This document shows positions 8,963 to 17,049 of a stretch of 64,000 bases of DNA, piece after piece (the first letter of the stretch is position 1; each line of letters begins with the position of its first letter). Position numbers and translations under genes: made by a program. The stretch comes from an uncultured bacterium (GTDB lineage: Bacteria > Patescibacteriota > Minisyncoccia > Minisyncoccales > UBA5738): assembly GCA_903847095.1 (NCBI GenBank), contig CAINCQ010000016.1, positions 333-64,332 on the forward strand. Direction: 5' to 3'. Below the pieces are notes generated by a model, which worked only from the letters and a program-made list of their open reading frames with translations, made no database searches and was not told where the DNA came from.

Positions 8963-9340
8963 ATGGACCCTGACATATTAAAAGATTTGACCGCCTTGCT
9001 AATGGTGACTGGCGGAGTCACGGCAGTACTCGCCTTGGTTGCCGGAGCTCTAGCATATCGTTATTCGGGCATGACTAAATTTCTGGGAATATTTATTTCC
9101 GTTGGATTCATGTCGGCAGCAATGATGCTTTTCGTCAACTCGGCCGCCTTAACATGCTACGCGTACGGAGAAAAAGTATTTTATCTTTTCTGGTTAGCTT
9201 TTTCCGGCTTAATATCGATCATAACGGGAGCCTTAATAATTTACCGACTGTTCCCGGACGAGAAACAAGCGCCTACTAGACCGGAACAAGAGGAAAAAGA
9301 GGAAAAAGAGGAAAAACAAGATGAAGTACCGCCAATATGA
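8963..9340 (+). CDS. membrane protein (125 aa, about 4 TM) with Glu/Lys-rich tail
   Basis: ORF 8909..9340 trimmed to the ATG at 8963, after the promoter and GGTGAactcc. The tail EQEEKEEKEEKQDE is encoded by a 9-bp tandem repeat at 9291-9317. Confidence 0.6.
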   Translation: MDPDILKDLTALLMVTGGVTAVLALVAGALAYRYSGMTKFLGIFISVGFMSAAMMLFVNSAALTCYAYGEKVFYLFWLAFSGLISIITGALIIYRLFPDEKQAPTRPEQEEKEEKEEKQDEVPPI

Positions 9341-9361
9341 ACCTTTAACAAGGTTCTTTTT
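9339..9361 (+). terminator. intrinsic terminator
   Basis: GAACC-tttaacaa-GGTTC followed by T5, overlapping the stop codon. A second hairpin lies at 9366-9390. Confidence 0.7.
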
Positions 9362-9406
9362 AATAAACCCCTAACCGGGTTTTTTCTTTTACAACAATGG
9401 GTATTT

Positions 9407-10501
9407 TTAATTATCGCTTTCTTGAATCATCAGGTTAGAATCGGACCTCAGGTCTTGGGGATCCATTACCGCCTCCCCTCTTTTGTTGGCAAAATAAGCG
9501 GCAACACCGATCATAGAGGCGTTGTCGGCACAATAATCAACTTTTGGCATCAATAGTTTTAACTTTTGTTTTTTGGCCACCGTTTTCAAAGTCTTTCTTA
9601 GCAATTCATTGGCGGATACGCCGCCGCCGATGATTATCGATTTAGCTTTTAAGTTAGATGCCGCCTTCATGGTTTTAGCGACCAGAACATCCACGATCGC
9701 CTGTTGGATCTCAAAACTCATCGCTTCCAGGTATTCTTTGGAAGCCGCTAATGCCGGTTTTTGTTTTTTATGGTAATAAAGGACGGCGGTCTTTAAACCG
9801 GAAAAACTGAAATCGTAGTTTTTTTGGTTTAACATCGGCCGGGGCATCGAAACTTTAATGGTTTTCTTTTTCCTTTTGGACCATTGCTTGGCTAGTGCGG
9901 AAATTAACGGCCCGCCCGGATAACCGAGACCAAGAATCCGGGCGGTTTTGTCAAAACACTCACCGGCCGCGTCATCGCGCGTCTGGCCGAGCAGTTTATA
10001 TTTGCCGATATCGTTCATTTTAAACAAAACCGTATGACCGCCCGAAACCGCGAGTGCTACCGCGGGCAGATACGTTTTTCTGAACGCGTCCTCCCCGATC
10101 TTTTTTGTCAAAAAATTAGCCAGGATGTGAGCTTCAACATGGTTGACCGGAACCGCCGGCAGTTTATTGCCGGAAAGCATCTCCTGGACAAAGTTTATCC
10201 CGGTCCACAAACACGGATCCAAACCCGGACCAGCCGTAACCGCGACCAGGTCGATCTTTTTAATGTCGAAGTCTTTTGTCGCGGCCTTGAAAACGAGCGG
10301 CAGATTTTTTTTATGCTCCCGTTTGGCCAAAGCCGGATAAACTCCGCCATACCCGGCATGCAGATCGGCTTGAGAAGAAATTTCATTGGAAACAACCTTG
10401 AATTCTTTGAGTTTTTGGCCAAAAACCCGCGCCTGGATTATACCAACCGCCGTGTCGTCACAGGAAGTTTCGATTGCAAGAATATGAATTTTTTTTGTCA
10501 T
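9407..10501 (-). CDS. tsaD: tRNA N6-adenosine threonylcarbamoyltransferase TsaD (Kae1/Gcp family)
   Basis: ORF 9407..10576. Start placed at the ATG at 10501 (MTKKIHILAIETSCDDTAV), which overlaps the upstream stop (ATGA). Motifs VNHVEAH and SGGHT. Confidence 0.9.
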   Translation of the reverse strand: MTKKIHILAIETSCDDTAVGIIQARVFGQKLKEFKVVSNEISSQADLHAGYGGVYPALAKREHKKNLPLVFKAATKDFDIKKIDLVAVTAGPGLDPCLWTGINFVQEMLSGNKLPAVPVNHVEAHILANFLTKKIGEDAFRKTYLPAVALAVSGGHTVLFKMNDIGKYKLLGQTRDDAAGECFDKTARILGLGYPGGPLISALAKQWSKRKKKTIKVSMPRPMLNQKNYDFSFSGLKTAVLYYHKKQKPALAASKEYLEAMSFEIQQAIVDVLVAKTMKAASNLKAKSIIIGGGVSANELLRKTLKTVAKKQKLKLLMPKVDYCADNASMIGVAAYFANKRGEAVMDPQDLRSDSNLMIQESDN

Positions 10502-11433
10502 TTTACGGCCTCTAAAGCTAGTTTTACGGCTCCGATAACAGGCATGTCCGGTTTTGAAATGATGAAATCCAACCATTCTTCCTTTTTTAAATTGACTTCA
10601 AAAGCATAATAAGCCAGCGGCGATTTAAATACTCCTCCGACCGCGACCAAGGGAATTTTAAAACCTATGGAAAAATCGAGTTGCTTTGCCGCCGCCAGGA
10701 CCGAAAGCGCGATCTCCTTACCCGCGTCGTGCAATATTTGGCTTGCTATCCCGTCATTGGCTTTGGCCGCTTCGTTGCAAACCAAAGCAAAGGGCGGTAG
10801 ATTTAAAGTCGGATTTTTATAAACGAAAGCCATCAGACCATCGATGTTTTTCAAACGAAATTCTTTAAAAATCATTTCGGTAAGCATGGTTTTTTCCCCT
10901 CTGCCGTCATAATTTCTAAGAATCGCCAAAAAAACTTTTTTCCCGATCCAAAAAGCCGAGCCCTCGTTTGAAAGCCAACCCCAGCCGCTTACCTTTACTT
11001 CTTTTTGACCGTGCCACCCGCGGACTACGCACCCGGTACCGGCTATCGCCACAATCCCATCTCTGGAATCGTTACCGGCACGGTACGCGACGAACTGGTC
11101 AGAAGCGACATTCACAACTCCCTTGAATATGGCTTTGATCTTCTTGTTTTTGGCCAGCTGTTTTAAAATCTCACCCCCTCTTTTTTTATATTCTTCAGCC
11201 ATGGCCGGGAACCCAATATAAGTCGAAACGACATTGGCTGATTTTTTTGAAACCAGCAATTTCGCGATCGCCGCCGAAACGTTCTCGCAAGCCTTATCTA
11301 TCCCGATGTTCCGCAAGTTCGCCGGTCCACCCTTCTCCTCTTTTAATATTTTTCCGTTTCCATCGGCCAAAACCGCCAAGGTTTTAGTGCCTCCGGCATC
11401 AACTCCGATCACATATTTTCTTTCCTCCTTCAT
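10498..11433 (-). CDS. BadF/BadG/BcrA/BcrD-type ATPase (N-acetylglucosamine kinase-like)
   Basis: 311-aa ORF. N-terminal IGVDAGGTKT phosphate-1 motif and AGTG later on, an ASKHA fold. Confidence 0.65.
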   Translation of the reverse strand: MKEERKYVIGVDAGGTKTLAVLADGNGKILKEEKGGPANLRNIGIDKACENVSAAIAKLLVSKKSANVVSTYIGFPAMAEEYKKRGGEILKQLAKNKKIKAIFKGVVNVASDQFVAYRAGNDSRDGIVAIAGTGCVVRGWHGQKEVKVSGWGWLSNEGSAFWIGKKVFLAILRNYDGRGEKTMLTEMIFKEFRLKNIDGLMAFVYKNPTLNLPPFALVCNEAAKANDGIASQILHDAGKEIALSVLAAAKQLDFSIGFKIPLVAVGGVFKSPLAYYAFEVNLKKEEWLDFIISKPDMPVIGAVKLALEAVK

Positions 11434-11549
11434 TTATTTTTTTGGTTAGTTATTTAATATTATCATAAAAAAGACGAATACGACCCCATTATCAAAAAGG
11501 GTGACGTTGTCCGCCACACTTTAAAAAAATTATGATATCGATGTGCTTG

Positions 11550-11762
11550 TTAGTCCCGATATAGTATGACTATCACCTTTGCCCCTTTAGCAACGAGCTT
11601 TCTCGCCTGCTCATGCCATCCATCACAGGAAAGACCCAAGGCCGAAAGCCTTAAATCTTGCCCTGAATGGATCAGGTGCTTTTTAAAACCGGCTTTTTCC
11701 AAATCGGTTATTTGCGGTTCCAATAAAGAAAGGCTTGGACCGCCGATCACTTCAAAGGGCAT
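11550..11762 (-). CDS. hypothetical protein (70 aa)
   Basis: ORF with SD AAGGGGGAagctatcATG. No motif recognised. Confidence 0.45.
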   Translation of the reverse strand: MPFEVIGGPSLSLLEPQITDLEKAGFKKHLIHSGQDLRLSALGLSCDGWHEQARKLVAKGAKVIVILYRD

Positions 11763-11867
11763 GATAGCTTCCCCCTTTATGCGGCCATATTAATGTTTTG
11801 GGGAAATTTGTCAAACAAAAAACGGCCAAGTGCCGTTCTTTGCCTGCAAACCGATCCGTTAATCAGT

Positions 11868-13142
11868 TCAAAAGATTTTTTGACCGTCTTCCAGGTTGTC
11901 CTTGATCAAAGATTTTGGTCCCATAAAACAATTTTTTCCCACCAAAACCCCGGGCATAAAAGTTGCTCCCACCCCGATCCTGGCCTTCTCCCCGGCAATG
12001 ACGCCAAGCGCCTTCAGGCCGGTTTCCAATTCGACTATTTTCTTGACACCCTCGCTTTCTTTTTTTGTTTTGACCTTGATCTCCCCCCGGTCAAGCCGCA
12101 CATTGGCTGTAATCGTCCCCGCGCCGGAGCGGCAACCGGTTGCAAAAATCGAGTCGCCATAATAACCCGAATGCACATGGACATCCGGTTGAAAGATCAC
12201 CCTCGCCGCTTCGCACAAAGCTCCCACGACGGCCTTATTTTCCAGATTGCAATAATCGCGGACGATCGAATTGTTCCCGATAACGGAATCCGGCCCGACA
12301 TAGCTCGGTCCTTTGACCACCGCCCCTTCAAGCACCTTAACGTTGTCCCCGATGATTACATTTCCCTCGATCACGGCGGTTTTGGCGATCCAAGCGGTTT
12401 TGGCGATAATTTTTTTGGTCAGAAATTTATCGAAAAGGTATTTATTGAGATTGAAGAAATGCCACGGGTATTTCAAGGAAGCAGCTTTGTAATCTTTATC
12501 GATCATTACGATCCTCGCGTCGTTATCCGTCATGTAAAGAGACAGTGTCTTCTCGAAATCATACGAGTCATTGGCTGTTTTCTCGAAATAAGGAATGAGT
12601 AATTCGTCCAACAAATAGGTCCCGACAATACGGATATCGGATGGTTCCTGCCCGGCCTGGGGTTTTTCCACTATCTCTTTTACCAACCCGCCCTCCAGGC
12701 GGGCAATCCCGTATAGCCAGGCCGTTTTCGTAATTTGACCGACAAGCACGGTTTTAGCTCCCGTCTTCGCGCTTTCCTTAATCATGTTCTTAACATTTTC
12801 CCGGCAGTCGATCTGATGAGCCCAAAGTACGAAAAATTGGCCGCGCAAACTTTCCTTGGCGCGAAACAGCGCGTCTCCAATCCCAGCCGGTTCCGGCTGG
12901 ATAACGTATTGGATTTTTTTCGCGGCCAAAGGATGTTTCTTTAACTCCTCTTCTATGTCGCGTTTTTTTCCCTGGATCACGATGATTTCCGCGACCCCGG
13001 CATCATTAAGAGCGCTAATGGTATACCAAATCAGCGGCTTGCCCATTATTTTGAACAAACTCTTGTGAACCGAATTCAGCGGCCAGCACCGGGACGACTC
13101 ACCCGCGGCCAGGATCACGGCTTGCTTTGGAAAATTATCCAT
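11868..13142 (-). CDS. sugar-phosphate nucleotidyltransferase with C-terminal left-handed beta-helix (GlmU-like)
   Basis: 424-aa ORF. N-terminal AVILAAGESSRCWPL (NTP-transferase G-loop). Hexapeptide repeats in the C-terminal third. Confidence 0.75.
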   Translation of the reverse strand: MDNFPKQAVILAAGESSRCWPLNSVHKSLFKIMGKPLIWYTISALNDAGVAEIIVIQGKKRDIEEELKKHPLAAKKIQYVIQPEPAGIGDALFRAKESLRGQFFVLWAHQIDCRENVKNMIKESAKTGAKTVLVGQITKTAWLYGIARLEGGLVKEIVEKPQAGQEPSDIRIVGTYLLDELLIPYFEKTANDSYDFEKTLSLYMTDNDARIVMIDKDYKAASLKYPWHFFNLNKYLFDKFLTKKIIAKTAWIAKTAVIEGNVIIGDNVKVLEGAVVKGPSYVGPDSVIGNNSIVRDYCNLENKAVVGALCEAARVIFQPDVHVHSGYYGDSIFATGCRSGAGTITANVRLDRGEIKVKTKKESEGVKKIVELETGLKALGVIAGEKARIGVGATFMPGVLVGKNCFMGPKSLIKDNLEDGQKIF

Positions 13143-13147
13143 GGTCT

Positions 13148-14161
13148 TTATGATTTTTTAGCGCTTTTGCTTTTTATTAATTTTTTGACCGCTTTTTTGA
13201 TCTTTTGGGGCTCGTAGCCAAATTCCCCGAACGACTTCATAATATCGGTTTTGATGAATTTTTTTGCGTCCAAACCGCCCTTATCCGTTACCGCACCCAT
13301 GATATTTTGGTTTTCCTTTTTCCATTTTGAAACCATTTCGCTCAAAGCCGGAGGATCCTGCATTATGACATGATCAAGCGGACATCCCATGTATTTTTCC
13401 AAAATCGATACAAAATCCTCGATCGTAAATCCATTGGTCTCCCCGTTTTCGGTCACGGTATTGGCGATAAAAACCTTTTTCGCGCGCGAGCGGACCAGAG
13501 CCTTGGAAATTCCGTCGGGCAAAAGGCAAGGAATCAAGCTGGAATAAAAATCGCTGGGCCCAAAAATTATGATCTTTGCTTTGGCGATCTCCGCCAATAA
13601 CGGCCGGAACGCCCGAGCTTTTGGCTCCAAAAAAACTCTTTGGATCTTTAAACTCGGATCATGGGTCATCGGTTCGTCGATCTCATCCTCCCCAATGATC
13701 ACTTCCCCGTTTTCCAATTCCGCGCAAAGCTGGACGTTATCAACCGTTGCCGGATAGGCCCTATGAAAATCTAATTCAAGAAAGAGTTCCGCCTCGCGCA
13801 AGGCTTTCAAAAAACTGCCGGTGATATTCTCGATCCCGGCCAAATAAAGATTGCCGAAGGTATGGCCGATATGCCCGGCCAAAAATTCCTCGCGGCCGAA
13901 CCGCTTCCTCCAAAGCTTGATCTTCCAATCCGGAGCGTCGGACACCGCGGCCAGCTGTTTGACCAGATCCCCGGGGGGCAAGACTCCCAAGTCTTTTCTA
14001 AGCTGGCCGGTAGACATACCGCTATCCGCCATTGAAGTGGTTGCAACGATCCGGAAATCTTTTTTTAGCCAAGCTATCAGGTATTTGGTAATGCCATTGC
14101 CCCCTCCAAAGCAAACAATGCTTTCTTTAACGGTCTTTTTTTGGGATTTATTGTTTGCCAT
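13148..14161 (-). CDS. YvcK/CofD-family protein (UPF0052, gluconeogenesis factor-like)
   Basis: 337-aa ORF. CFGGGNG N-terminal glycine loop and general CofD/YvcK layout (by eye). Confidence 0.6.
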   Translation of the reverse strand: MANNKSQKKTVKESIVCFGGGNGITKYLIAWLKKDFRIVATTSMADSGMSTGQLRKDLGVLPPGDLVKQLAAVSDAPDWKIKLWRKRFGREEFLAGHIGHTFGNLYLAGIENITGSFLKALREAELFLELDFHRAYPATVDNVQLCAELENGEVIIGEDEIDEPMTHDPSLKIQRVFLEPKARAFRPLLAEIAKAKIIIFGPSDFYSSLIPCLLPDGISKALVRSRAKKVFIANTVTENGETNGFTIEDFVSILEKYMGCPLDHVIMQDPPALSEMVSKWKKENQNIMGAVTDKGGLDAKKFIKTDIMKSFGEFGYEPQKIKKAVKKLIKSKSAKKS

Positions 14162-14520
14162 TGTTATTTGACCTCAGTAATCGGCTTTTTGGGATCGGTT
14201 ATAAGTTTTGTTGACATCCCGCTCGGTGGTAGGAACCTGGAAATAACGTTAACGAATAGTTTTCTTGTTTAAAAAAATCGTCCGGTTCGTGGATGTGATT
14301 TCTATATAACTCATTTTACCAAAGATTTCCATTAAACGCCTCGCGGCCGTTGTTGCCCGATATTGCCGTATGTCCCCAAAATACCGCGACGCCGACAATA
14401 AAAAAATAGCCGGGGCATAAATCAATTTCGGAAGTTTAACCCCTAAGATCCATCTACAGGAGTTTGTACGACGATGTCCGCAGGGGTTAGACCTTGGCAA
14501 AATCATATTAATGCTATATT

Positions 14521-14549
14521 TTGACAGTCCCGGTCTTTTTTCGTATCAT
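14521..14549 (+). promoter_or_regulatory. sigma70-like promoter of murA
   Basis: TTGACA (14521-14526), 17-nt spacer, TATCAT (14544-14549), 39 nt upstream of the murA ATG. Confidence 0.65.
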
Positions 14550-14587
14550 TTAGTTAAATTGTGACTTGATACGTCATTCCAACACTT

Positions 14588-15847
14588 ATGGTAAAAAAAT
14601 TTTTAATCCATGGCGGTATTCCCTTGAGAGGAGAGGTTGAGATCTCGGGATATAAAAATACGGCCGGGGCGATCCTGTCGGCGGCCATCCTTTGTGATGA
14701 ACCTTCGGTGATCGAAAACATCCCACTGGTTACGGACGCTCTCGACCAGATCGAAATCATGAAGCAAATGGGGGCAAAGATCGAATGGCTTGAGGAAAAA
14801 AAAATCAAGATCGATCCCAAGAACATGTCCCCGGACAAGATCCCTTACGATCTTTTCGAAAAAATGAGGATATCCGTCCTTTTGATCGGGCCTTTTCTGG
14901 CGCGCTTCAAAAAATTCAAAGTACCGCACCCTGGCGGAGATAAAATAGGCCTTCGTCCGATTAAAATACATTTGGAAGCCCTGAAAAAAATGGGCGTGCT
15001 TATTGAGGAAAATAACGGATTTTACCATTTTGAAGCGCCGAATAATTTCGAGGGCAATAAAATAATTTTGAAAGAATTCTCGGTCACCGCCACGGAAAAT
15101 ATAATGATGCTGGCGGCTTCCATTCCTGTAAAAACAACGATCGAGATCGCGGCCGCCGAGCCCCAAGTCCAGGACCTTGGCTTGATGCTTAAAAATATGG
15201 GCGCAAAAATCTCGGGCTTAGGCACCCACACGATCAAGATCGAAGGATCCGACAAACTGTCGGGCGCGTCGCATTTGATCTGCCCGGACCTTTTGGAAGC
15301 CGGCACATTCTTGATCGCCATCGCCCTCACGGGCGGAGAAGGAACGATTAAAAAAGTCAATCCCGACCATCTCACCTTTTTCTTGGAAAAAATGAAAGAT
15401 ATCGGAGTTAATTTTGAAGCAAGTGAAAATGAGATCTACGTGAAACCGTCGGTAGGATTCATCGCCCAAAAGATCCAGGCCCTGCCTTATCCTGGCTTCC
15501 CCACCGACCTACAGCCTCAAACCGCGGTATTACTCACTCAAGCGCAGGGTAAAAGCCTGATCCACGAACCGCTTTATGAGAACCGTTTTCAGCATCTCCA
15601 AGAATTGCGCAAAATGGGAGCCGACATCGAGATTACCGACCCCCACCGCGCCTTGATCTTCGGCAAAACCGAACTTATAGGAAACAAAGTTGACGCTTCC
15701 GACATCCGCTCCGGAGCGGCTTTGATTCTGGCTGGCCTTGCCGCCAAAGGGGAAACAATCGTGGATAATATCATGCATATCGACCGCGGCTACGAAAAGA
15801 TCGACGAAAAATTGCAAAAAATGGGAGCAAAGATCGAAAGAATCTAA
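14588..15847 (+). CDS. murA: UDP-N-acetylglucosamine 1-carboxyvinyltransferase
   Basis: 419-aa ORF. GGIPLRGEVEISGYKN start, PGGDKIGLRPI active-site loop (Asp replaces the catalytic Cys of many MurA), EPSP-synthase fold repeats. Confidence 0.9.
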   Translation: MVKKFLIHGGIPLRGEVEISGYKNTAGAILSAAILCDEPSVIENIPLVTDALDQIEIMKQMGAKIEWLEEKKIKIDPKNMSPDKIPYDLFEKMRISVLLIGPFLARFKKFKVPHPGGDKIGLRPIKIHLEALKKMGVLIEENNGFYHFEAPNNFEGNKIILKEFSVTATENIMMLAASIPVKTTIEIAAAEPQVQDLGLMLKNMGAKISGLGTHTIKIEGSDKLSGASHLICPDLLEAGTFLIAIALTGGEGTIKKVNPDHLTFFLEKMKDIGVNFEASENEIYVKPSVGFIAQKIQALPYPGFPTDLQPQTAVLLTQAQGKSLIHEPLYENRFQHLQELRKMGADIEITDPHRALIFGKTELIGNKVDASDIRSGAALILAGLAAKGETIVDNIMHIDRGYEKIDEKLQKMGAKIERI

Positions 15848-15861
15848 AACAGTTTAAAACG

Positions 15862-15891
15862 AAAAAAATCCGGCCGTCGCCGGATTTTTTG
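15862..15891. terminator. bidirectional intrinsic terminator between convergent murA and iorB
   Basis: AAAAAAATCCGGCcgtcGCCGGATTTTTT. Confidence 0.8.
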
Positions 15892-15921
15892 GTAAATCTT
15901 TATGGATGAAATAGCAAAAAA

Positions 15922-16551
15922 CTAATTTCCGGCGATCCTCTGCGCCAACTCGAAAGTCTTTATGTTCAGATCCAGGTATTTGGGCGCGACCGATTGTTTG
16001 ATAGCGTTAAGCATTGTTTCGGGCTCCAGCGGAATCATTTTTTTGATTACCGCCAAACTTAGCAGGAATATCCCGGAAACAACGGCTGTTCCAAGCTCCT
16101 TTAAGCAAATTTCGTTGGCATTCACCACTTCTATTTTTTTGGTTAATCTTTTCAAATTCTTGGTTATCTCTTCTTCGCTCAGAGGTTCCCGTCCCGGAAT
16201 CGGCGTTATGTTTTTGTTGATGAGATAGTTGGTTTTAGGACCGGCGAAGTACGCCGCTTTCAAGCACTCTTGCATCTCCAGCCCCAGGATCAGGTCGGCG
16301 GAACCTTTTGTAACCAACGGCGACTGCACTTTGGCGCCGAACCTTATGTGAACCTCGACCGACCCGCCGCGCTGGGACAAACCGTGCAATTCCGAGGTTT
16401 TGGCATCTAATCCCTGGATCTTCGCCGCCCGCGCCAGAATATCGAGCAAAGTTATCAAGCCCTGACCACCCGTTCCGACGATTACGATATTGAAATTTTT
16501 TTGTTCCCCTGCCTTTTTGACCGGTTTTGTTTTTTTCGTTGGTTTTTTCAT
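15922..16551 (-). CDS. iorB: indolepyruvate/2-oxoacid:ferredoxin oxidoreductase, beta (gamma-type) subunit
   Basis: 209-aa ORF. VIVGTGGQGLITLLDILARAA motif of the POR-gamma/IorB family. Confidence 0.75.
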   Translation of the reverse strand: MKKPTKKTKPVKKAGEQKNFNIVIVGTGGQGLITLLDILARAAKIQGLDAKTSELHGLSQRGGSVEVHIRFGAKVQSPLVTKGSADLILGLEMQECLKAAYFAGPKTNYLINKNITPIPGREPLSEEEITKNLKRLTKKIEVVNANEICLKELGTAVVSGIFLLSLAVIKKMIPLEPETMLNAIKQSVAPKYLDLNIKTFELAQRIAGN

Positions 16552-16677
16552 ATGATTTTGGGCTTATATATCTTTGCGGAATCCCCGCTTTAAACGGATT
16601 GCCGCGACAAAAAAGCTTAGCTGTAATATCCTTATCGTATTAAATATTCAAAAAAGTTTCAACCCGCGAAAGGATAG

Positions 16678-16703
16678 AAAGAAAAAACACCAAAAATGGT
16701 GTT
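16678..16703 (-). terminator. intrinsic terminator between the Cys-rich ORF and iorB
   Basis: Minus strand reads AACACC-attttt-GGTGTT followed by TTTTCTTTC. Confidence 0.6.
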
Positions 16704-16738
16704 TTAACGATGAATAGATCGATCCGGGCAATTTATCT

Positions 16739-16945
16739 TTAAATATTCAGTACCTCCTTAATGACTAAAGGAATTACCATTATAAACCCGTCTTCCAATC
16801 GTTTGCATTGATTTACGATCCCGCAGTCGCAGGTGAAGAAACCTTCGCCGGGAAAGTGAACACCGCATTTTTTGCAATCGATGATTTGCTTGGGTTTATT
16901 CAAACGTAATTCCTGTTTGCCAAGTTGTCTCTTTTTTTCAACCAA
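16739..16945 (-). CDS. small Cys-rich protein (68 aa, zinc-ribbon-like)
   Basis: TTG start preceded by GGAGAGatcaaa. Cys pattern CKKC-x11-CDC-x5-C, hydrophobic C-terminus. Confidence 0.45.
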   Translation of the reverse strand: MVEKKRQLGKQELRLNKPKQIIDCKKCGVHFPGEGFFTCDCGIVNQCKRLEDGFIMVIPLVIKEVLNI

Positions 16946-17049
16946 TTTGATCTCTCCATACTGCCCTTTGATTAAAAGAGCCGCCTTTTTTTTACCATTT
17001 TTTTACAATAGTGTCAAAGGCGGCTCCGCGATTTCCCGATAATTACGGC

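Noticed and set aside
9291-9317. Tandem 9-bp repeat GAGGAAAAA x3.
   Set aside because: It is coding and in frame (the EEKEEKEEK tail of the 125-aa membrane protein). It is noted only as a possible slippage-prone tract.
11793-12602. 269-aa plus-strand ORF, plus 11896..12162 and others, overlapping the GlmU-like gene.
   Set aside because: It is antisense to a well-supported minus-strand CDS. Its composition is low-complexity and Pro/Arg/Gly-rich, with no SD. This is a typical shadow ORF.
16946-17049. An 8-bp stem GAGCCGCC/GGCGGCTC enclosing a 33-nt loop that contains TTGACA-N17-TAAAAA (minus strand), located between iorA and the Cys-rich ORF.
   Set aside because: It could be a terminator/promoter composite, but the loop is very large and the -10 box is poor. 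There is not enough evidence to annotate it.
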